Source: an uncultured Hyphomonas sp. (GTDB lineage Bacteria > Pseudomonadota > Alphaproteobacteria > Caulobacterales > Hyphomonadaceae). Taken from it: DNA of 64,000 bases. Below are positions 57,826 to 64,000 of the stretch, piece by piece (the first letter of the stretch is position 1; each line of letters opens with the position of its first letter). Below the pieces are notes generated by a model. It saw only the letters and a list, made by a program, of their open reading frames with translations. It was not told where the DNA came from and did no database searches. Made by a program: the position numbers and the translations under genes. Location of the stretch: positions 702,227-766,226 of the forward strand of contig NZ_CAXXRR010000002.1 of assembly GCF_963678875.2 (NCBI RefSeq). Reading direction: 5' to 3'.

Positions 57826-59655
57826 ATGTCCACGCCTATCGAAAAAATGCGTAACATCGCCATCATCGCTCACGTCGACCACGGGAAGACGACGCTGGTG
57901 GACGAACTCCTGAAACAGTCCGGCACCTTCCGTGAAAACGAGAAGACCGCCGAGCGGATGATGGATTCCAACGATCTGGAAAAAGAGCGCGGCATCACCA
58001 TCCTCGCCAAGACGACGTCGGTGGAATGGAACGGCTACCGCATCAACATCGTCGACACGCCCGGACACGCCGATTTCGGCGGTGAGGTGGAGCGTATCCT
58101 TCACATGGTGGACGGCGCCATCGTTCTGGTCGACGCCGCTGAAGGCCCGATGCCGCAGACGAAATTCGTCGTCTCCAAGGCGCTGAAAGTCGGCCTGAAG
58201 CCGATTGTCGCCGTCAACAAGATCGACAAGCCGGAGCGCCGCCCGGACGAAGTGGTCAATGATGTGTTCGACCTGTTCGCAAACCTCGACGCAACGGATG
58301 AACAGCTCGACTTCCCGATCCTCTACGGCTCGGCAAAGCAGGGCTGGATGTCCAGCCAGTACGAAACGGCCGCCGCCAATATGGACGAGCTGTTCCAGCT
58401 GGTCGTGGACCATGTGCCGACGCCGAAAGTGGAAGAGGGTCCGTTCCGCTTCCTCGCCACCACGATTTCCGCAGACAACTTCCTCGGCCGCATCCTGACG
58501 GGCCGCGTCGCCTCCGGCACGATCAAGCCGAACCAGACGATCAAGGTGCTGGACCGCGAAGGCGGCCTCGTCGAGCAGGGCCGCGTTTCGAAAGTGCTGG
58601 CCTTCCGCGGGCTGGAGCGCGTGCCGGTCGAAGAAGCGCAGGCGGGCGACATCGTTTCCCTCGCCGGCATGACCAAGGCGAACGTCGCCGACACGTTCTG
58701 TGACCCGTCCGTTTCCGAACCGATGGCTGCCCAGCCGATCGACCCGCCGACCATCTCCATGACCTTCCGCGTCAATGACAGCCCGCTGGCGGGCACCGAA
58801 GGGACGAAGGTCACCAGCCGCATGATCTGGGACCGCCTGCTGAAAGAAGCAGAAGGCAACGTCGCCCTGAAAGTGGATCGTGCCACCGACGCCGAAGCGT
58901 TCACCGTTTCCGGCCGCGGCGAACTCCAGCTGGCCGTCCTGATCGAGACGATGCGCCGTGAAGGCTTCGAACTCGGCGTGTCGCGTCCGCAGGTCGTGAT
59001 GCAGGAAGACGAGAGCGGCAACAAGCTGGAGCCGATCGAGGAAGTTGTCATCGACGTGGACGACGATCACTCGGGTATTGTCGTGCAGAAACTGTCGGAG
59101 CGCAAAGCCGACATGCTGGACATGCGCCCGTCCGGTGCCGGCCGCACGCGCATGGTGTTCCATGCGCCGACGCGCGGCCTGATCGGGTACCAGGGTGAAC
59201 TCCTGTCCGACACGCGCGGCACGGCGATCATGAACCGCGTCTTCCACGAATACGCCCCGCACAAGGGCAAGATCCAGGGCCGTCACACCGGCGTGCTGAT
59301 CGCGATGGAGCAGGGCGAGGCCGTGGCCTTCGCGCTCTGGAACCTCGAAGACCGTGGTCCGATGATGATTCATCCGGGCGACAAGGTGTATGGCGGCATG
59401 ATCGTCGGCGAGCACACGCGCGACAATGATCTCGAAGTGAACGTCCTGAAGGGCAAGAAGCTGACCAACATGCGTGCGTCGGGTTCTGACGAAGCCGTGC
59501 GCCTCACGCCGCCGCTCCAGATGACGCTGGAAAAGTCGCTGGCCTACATCGCCGACGATGAACTCGTTGAAGTCACGCCTGAGAATATCCGCCTGCGCAA
59601 GATCTTCCTCGACCCGCACGAGCGCAAGCGCAACGCCAAGAAGGCCGACGCCTAA
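57826..59655 (+). CDS. typA: Translational GTPase TypA/BipA
   Basis: [40 protein letters not shown] and [11 protein letters not shown]. Confidence 0.98.
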   Translation: MSTPIEKMRNIAIIAHVDHGKTTLVDELLKQSGTFRENEKTAERMMDSNDLEKERGITILAKTTSVEWNGYRINIVDTPGHADFGGEVERILHMVDGAIVLVDAAEGPMPQTKFVVSKALKVGLKPIVAVNKIDKPERRPDEVVNDVFDLFANLDATDEQLDFPILYGSAKQGWMSSQYETAAANMDELFQLVVDHVPTPKVEEGPFRFLATTISADNFLGRILTGRVASGTIKPNQTIKVLDREGGLVEQGRVSKVLAFRGLERVPVEEAQAGDIVSLAGMTKANVADTFCDPSVSEPMAAQPIDPPTISMTFRVNDSPLAGTEGTKVTSRMIWDRLLKEAEGNVALKVDRATDAEAFTVSGRGELQLAVLIETMRREGFELGVSRPQVVMQEDESGNKLEPIEEVVIDVDDDHSGIVVQKLSERKADMLDMRPSGAGRTRMVFHAPTRGLIGYQGELLSDTRGTAIMNRVFHEYAPHKGKIQGRHTGVLIAMEQGEAVAFALWNLEDRGPMMIHPGDKVYGGMIVGEHTRDNDLEVNVLKGKKLTNMRASGSDEAVRLTPPLQMTLEKSLAYIADDELVEVTPENIRLRKIFLDPHERKRNAKKADA

Positions 59656-59662
59656 GCCGGCC

Positions 59663-60115
59663 TCAGGCGCGCTGGTCCTTGGGTGAGCCCATCACGATGT
59701 AAGACGTGATGGAGCTGACCTGCGGCACCGTGCCCAGCACTTCAGTATGGAAATGCTTGTAGGCGGCGAGGTCGGCGACCTCGACCCGCAGCAGGTATTC
59801 GATCGTGCCTGTCACATTGTGGCATTCGCGAACTTCCGGGGCCCGCTGCATCGCCTTCTCGAAGGCCGTCTGGTCTGGCTTTGTGTGCTTGGACAGGCCG
59901 ACCGTGACATAGGCGAGGAAGCCGCCGCCGGTCGCCGTCCGGTCCACCACGGCGCGATAGCCCGTGATCACGCCGCTACGCTCCAGTTCCTGCACGCGGC
60001 GCAGGCAAGCCGACGGGGACAGGCCGACTTTCTCGGCCAGCTCCAGATTGCTGATCCGGCCATTCGTCTGAAGCTCACGCAATATATTGCGGTTTATCGT
60101 GTCCAGTTCCGTCAT
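59663..60115 (-). CDS. Lrp/AsnC family regulator
   Basis: ILRELQTNGRISNLELAEKVGLSPSACLRRV. Confidence 0.95.
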   Translation of the reverse strand: MTELDTINRNILRELQTNGRISNLELAEKVGLSPSACLRRVQELERSGVITGYRAVVDRTATGGGFLAYVTVGLSKHTKPDQTAFEKAMQRAPEVRECHNVTGTIEYLLRVEVADLAAYKHFHTEVLGTVPQVSSITSYIVMGSPKDQRA

Positions 60116-60187
60116 GGATTGTGAAATTAGTGCCTGTCAGGGCAAATATGCAAGCACATTGCGTCCGGTGTCGCATAAAGTTGCGGG

Positions 60188-60814
60188 ATGATGCCGTTTG
60201 AACTCCTCCTTGCACTTTTCGTCTTCGCACTCATCGCCTCGATCACGCCGGGGCCGAACAATCTGATGCTGATGGCATCGGGCACCAATTTCGGCCTCAA
60301 GCGGACGCTGCCGCACATGGCGGGCGTCACGGTGGGCTTCACGCTGATGATTGTGCTTGTCGGTCTTGGCCTGGCGAAGATCTTCGACCTGTTCCCGGTT
60401 GCGCTTCTGGCCCTGAAGGGCGTGAGTGCGGTCTATCTGCTGTACCTCGCCTGGAAGATCGCCAACGCCGCGCCGCCGCCGGATGCGGCGCTGGAGGCCT
60501 CAACGGGAAAGCCGTTCAGCTTCCTGCAGGCGGCCGCGTTTCAATGGGTGAATCCGAAGGCCTGGGCGATGGCCCTGACGGCGATCAGTGCCTACACGCT
60601 GCCGGAGCACCCGTTCATCAGCCTGGCCATCATGGCGGGCGTGTTCGCCGGCATCAGCCTGTTCAGCACTTCGACCTGGGCCGTCATGGGTACGCAGGTC
60701 CGCCGGTTCCTGCACAGCCCCCTCCGGCTGCGGATTTTCAACATCGCCGCGTCGCTGCTTCTGGTTGCCACGCTGTGGCCGATCCTGACATCAGGCGGCC
60801 TCGCCGCGCACTGA
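60188..60814 (+). CDS. LysE family translocator
   Basis: ITPGPNN, YLLYLAWKI and FQWVNPKAW; divergent from Lrp. Confidence 0.93.
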   Translation: MMPFELLLALFVFALIASITPGPNNLMLMASGTNFGLKRTLPHMAGVTVGFTLMIVLVGLGLAKIFDLFPVALLALKGVSAVYLLYLAWKIANAAPPPDAALEASTGKPFSFLQAAAFQWVNPKAWAMALTAISAYTLPEHPFISLAIMAGVFAGISLFSTSTWAVMGTQVRRFLHSPLRLRIFNIAASLLLVATLWPILTSGGLAAH

Positions 60815-60890
60815 AGCAGCAATCAGGCCGGAACCGGCAGCAGTTTGAAACGTTTGTTCCCGGACTCACAAGAAACCGGGAGCTTACGCC

Positions 60891-61076
60891 ATGTCGTCCT
60901 TTTCTCTTTATCTGATCGGCTTCGTCATCTTCATCGCCGGGCTCGCCTATGGCGCCTTCCTGCTCGGCGTCGCGATGACATGGATTGCCGTCGGCGCCTT
61001 CACGCTGTTCGGCCTCGGCATCCTGACCGGCGTTGGCAAGACGCGGACACGCGACGAGTCGCCTACCGGGGACTAG
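60891..61076 (+). CDS. Small two-TM membrane protein
   Basis: GGGAG RBS; hydrophobic 61 aa with a charged C-terminus. Confidence 0.65.
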   Translation: MSSFSLYLIGFVIFIAGLAYGAFLLGVAMTWIAVGAFTLFGLGILTGVGKTRTRDESPTGD

Positions 61077-61123
61077 TCCCCTGCAGATGGAGCGCCGCGG
61101 TCAAAGGCAGGGCCAGCGGCGCT

Positions 61124-61531
61124 TCAGGCGGGCAGGGGCTGGGAGAGGCGCGACGCATCGGTGAGCACCGATGTCCACGCCGCCTCCATCAACGGCGACC
61201 AGTCGCTGCCCGCCACTTCCTTCGTCACATCACGGATGATGTCGAAGAACACTTCGAACATGCCCGCCGGCACATCATAAGCGTCGTGGTTCACCCGCTC
61301 GGACCGGATCACCGTCTCCGCCAGCGTGCCCGGCCCCTCGGCCAGGTCCATCAGGCATTCGAACGCCTGAGACAGCATGGAGCCGCGCACCCCGCCATCC
61401 GTGTCCATCAGGAACAGGCCTTCCAGATCGGGATAGGCCGCGAACAGCCGCTCATAAACAAGCTCCGTCACATCCCCGGCCCGCTCAGAGAGCAGGCCGA
61501 GACTGTCGGTGAGTGCCGGATATCCAGACAT
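61124..61531 (-). CDS. Single-domain globin
   Basis: B-helix VYERLF (Tyr B10), CD1 Phe (PDLEGLF), proximal His in VNHDAY, and H-helix Trp. Confidence 0.75.
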   Translation of the reverse strand: MSGYPALTDSLGLLSERAGDVTELVYERLFAAYPDLEGLFLMDTDGGVRGSMLSQAFECLMDLAEGPGTLAETVIRSERVNHDAYDVPAGMFEVFFDIIRDVTKEVAGSDWSPLMEAAWTSVLTDASRLSQPLPA

Positions 61532-63606
61532 CAGTCTTCCGCCTCATCCTTTTTCTTCGCCGGATCATACTTCGCGAACCATCCCATGATGTTGTCTGTC
61601 TTGGCGATCAGACGGGAGGGGCGGGAGGCGATATAGTGCGGGGAGTCCGGTATGCGGACATAGACCGTGTCGACCCCATTCATCTTGAGCGCGGTGTAGA
61701 ACTGCTCGGCTTCCCAGGCCGGTGTGCGCCAGTCTTCCTCGCCCACCATCAGCATCGTCGGCGTCACCACCTTGTCGACATAGCGGATCGGCGAGAATTT
61801 CAGGAAGGCTTCCGGATTGGACCACGGGTCCTCGCGGATCCAGTGACGGCGCGCGAACTGGGCGATGTCGCCCGCCAGGGCCATGGTCATCCAGTTGATC
61901 ACCGGCTTGACCGAGGCGGCCGCAGCGAAGCGGTCGGTCTTGGTCACGATCCATGCCGTCAGGATGCCGCCGCCGGAACCGCCGGTGACGAACAGGCGCT
62001 CCTCATCGACATAATCCTTCGTGACGAGGTCATCGACGACACTCATCAGGTCATCATAGTCATTGCCCGGATAGTTGCGGTCGATCAGCTGGGCGAACTC
62101 CTCGCCATAGCCGGTCGAGCCGCGCGGATTGGTCCATACCGTGACATAGCCCTCAGCCGCATAGCGCTGGATCTCGCTGCCGAAGAAGGGCGAATACATG
62201 GCGAACGGCCCGCCATGGATTTCCATGATCATCGGGAAGCTGCCATCCGCCTTGAAGTCCGGCGGCAGGGCGACCCAGGCCTCGATCTCGCGGCCATCGG
62301 CGCTGGAGGCAACGTGCAGCTCTTCGACCTTTGCCATGTCGAGGAAGGGCAGGACGTCGGCGTTGAGCTCTGTCAGCACCTTGTTGTCCCTGCCATTGGC
62401 GCCGATCGTGGCGACCTCTGCCGGACGGTCGGAGAAGCCTGCGGTGTAGGCGATGACCGGGCGGCGGCCTTCGCTGACCGAGAAGCTGCCATCGCCATAA
62501 GGGCGCCCGATCGAGGTGCCGCCGACATTCGTCACGACCTGGCTGACCTTGCCGCCCAAGTCGACATTATAGACGCTGAGCACGCCATGGTCTTCGCACA
62601 GGGCAAGGAGGCTCTTGCCATCCGGGGCCCATGCGATGCTGCCGAACTCCAGCGGGAAGTCGGCGGCGAGTTCGCGGACGTTCCCGCCATCGGCATCCAT
62701 CAGGTAGAGATTGGCCTGTTCATAGGCCTTCAGGTGATCGTCATAGCCGCGGAAGGCGATGGTCTTGCCATCCGGGGAGACGACGGGGCCGAGGTCAGGT
62801 CCATCGCGGCTGGTCAGGGGGCTGATCGAATTGCCGGCCAGCTCGATCTTGTAGATCTCGCTCTCGATCGGGTCGAGGTCGCTGTCCTCGGCGAGGTTGC
62901 CGGTGGCCAGCAGCGTGTCATTGTCCAGCCAGTCGATGCCGCCCAGGTCCGCGTCCCCGAACGTGACCTGCCGCGGCGTGCCGCCATCGACCGTCAGCAC
63001 GAACACCTGCTCGGCGCCGTTCTCAAGATATCCGGCCCCGTCGAACCGGAAGACCAGCGAGTCGATCACTTTCACGCCGGCATTCCATTTTGCGCCCTCC
63101 GGCGGGGTCGGCGGTTTGGCGAAGCTCGGCGTCTCGCTTTTCACGAACATGGAGAAGGCGACCTGTTTGCCGTCCGGCGACCAGACGGCGCCGCCCGGGC
63201 CTTCCTCGGTAAACTGGGCCAGCGAAAAGCTGCGGCCGCTGTCGAGATAGAGCAGGCGCATCTCCGGGCCTTTGCCGTTCGACGACGAATAGAGAATGCG
63301 CGAGCCGTCCGGCGACCAGCGGGGGCGGCTGGCCGGGACGTCGGTTACCAGCGGACGGTGGGCGCCGCTGTCCAGGTCGATCGACCAGAGGCTGCCGGTG
63401 TCGCGGTCGGTCATCTTGTCCATGGCGCGGCGGACATAGACGACCGTCTTGCCGTCCGGGGAGATCTGCGGATCGGTCGCGTATTCCATGTCGAAGACGC
63501 GCTCGGCGGTGAAGCGCTTCGACGGCGCCTCGTCTTCCTGCGCCAGCGCCGGTGCGGCGCTCATCAGTGCGGCCACGGCGGCCATCGCAAGCAGTCTCTG
63601 TTTCAT
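61531..63606 (-). CDS. Secreted S9 family peptidase (dipeptidyl/acylaminoacyl peptidase) with beta-propeller
   Basis: Signal peptide, repeated SPDG motifs, IHGGP, nucleophile GGSGGG, GEEDWRTP and catalytic His (SPHYI). Confidence 0.93.
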   Translation of the reverse strand: MKQRLLAMAAVAALMSAAPALAQEDEAPSKRFTAERVFDMEYATDPQISPDGKTVVYVRRAMDKMTDRDTGSLWSIDLDSGAHRPLVTDVPASRPRWSPDGSRILYSSSNGKGPEMRLLYLDSGRSFSLAQFTEEGPGGAVWSPDGKQVAFSMFVKSETPSFAKPPTPPEGAKWNAGVKVIDSLVFRFDGAGYLENGAEQVFVLTVDGGTPRQVTFGDADLGGIDWLDNDTLLATGNLAEDSDLDPIESEIYKIELAGNSISPLTSRDGPDLGPVVSPDGKTIAFRGYDDHLKAYEQANLYLMDADGGNVRELAADFPLEFGSIAWAPDGKSLLALCEDHGVLSVYNVDLGGKVSQVVTNVGGTSIGRPYGDGSFSVSEGRRPVIAYTAGFSDRPAEVATIGANGRDNKVLTELNADVLPFLDMAKVEELHVASSADGREIEAWVALPPDFKADGSFPMIMEIHGGPFAMYSPFFGSEIQRYAAEGYVTVWTNPRGSTGYGEEFAQLIDRNYPGNDYDDLMSVVDDLVTKDYVDEERLFVTGGSGGGILTAWIVTKTDRFAAAASVKPVINWMTMALAGDIAQFARRHWIREDPWSNPEAFLKFSPIRYVDKVVTPTMLMVGEEDWRTPAWEAEQFYTALKMNGVDTVYVRIPDSPHYIASRPSRLIAKTDNIMGWFAKYDPAKKKDEAED

Positions 63607-63726
63607 TGAGAAACCCTCCCATTCTTGAACAAGTGAAATCATGGCTAGCACGCGTGTCGCGCACAGGACAGCAATTGATGATCCGTTATAGTCCGGCATG
63701 GTCATGGCTTGAACTCACTCTGGCCC

Positions 63727-63756
63727 TTGCGTCCGGAGCGGCCTCTGCGCATATAG
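63727..63756 (+). promoter_or_regulatory. Putative sigma70 promoter of ffs
   Basis: TTGCGT, 17-bp spacer, CATATA, ending a few bases before the RNA 5' end. Confidence 0.5.
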
Positions 63757-63761
63757 CCCGC

Positions 63762-63858
63762 GGGAGGCAGGTGGCGGACGGGCCGCTCGCCAACCGGGTC
63801 AGGCCGGGAACGGAGCAGCCCCAACGAGTTTTCCGCCCGGGTCGCTCGCCTGTCTCCT
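63762..63858 (+). ncRNA. ffs: Signal recognition particle RNA (4.5S, small bacterial SRP)
   Basis: GCCAACCGGGTCAGG-CCG-GGAA-CGG-AGCAGCC helix-8 motif with GNRA tetraloop; 5' GGAGGCAGGT pairs with 3' GCCTGTCTCC. Confidence 0.88.
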
Positions 63859-64000
63859 TCTTCTCCATTCCGATCAAAGCACACGCCATCCCGCCCGTCC
63901 GGGGCAGGGGTGGCGACTCATTGCACTCGCCTCATCCGGGAATCAGGCGTGCCGGGAATCGTTTTCTGCGTGTGTTGGGGAGCGGGGACCTACTAGGGAT

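Noticed and set aside
57802-59619. 605-aa minus-strand ORF
   Set aside because: Antisense shadow of typA.
61513-63609. 698-aa plus-strand ORF
   Set aside because: Antisense shadow of the S9 peptidase.
63686-63889. Two short minus-strand ORFs (67 and 60 aa)
   Set aside because: They overlap the SRP RNA antisense and have no coding features.

Overview
High-GC alphaproteobacterial chromosomal window, most likely Caulobacterales/Hyphomonadaceae. This is inferred from a PleC-type kinase, CtrA boxes, GANTC clusters and an alphaproteobacterial SRP RNA. Most of it is densely packed core genome: mreBCD-mrdA-rodA, an NSS transporter, pip, TetR-EmrAB-type efflux, dgcA, an MlaEFD-lipoprotein ABC system, a paired acyl-CoA dehydrogenase, pepN, pleC, kdsB, a BlaI/M56 pair, an aromatic amino-acid catabolic cluster (MarR, hppD, VOC, FAH family, scoAB, aminotransferase), Zur, LdtR-like MarR plus NlpC/P60, cytochrome c, pheA, a histone-H1-like protein, nudC, typA, Lrp/LysE, a globin, an S9 peptidase and ffs. 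I saw no phage, IS, CRISPR, rRNA or tRNA. The best leads are: (1) a membrane pseudo-histidine kinase with a near-consensus CtrA box, upstream of a flavoprotein resembling the PAI fatty-acid isomerase and divergent from a GT-C-like membrane protein; (2) a pleC-like gene split by a frameshift at an 8-bp direct repeat; (3) a tyrosine-catabolic cluster in which a VOC metalloprotein sits where HmgA would be expected; (4) a perfect CtrA box before mreB; (5) two structured intergenic regions that may encode small RNAs. All functional calls come from motif recognition, with no database search. Start codons were often adjusted from the ORF track by eye.
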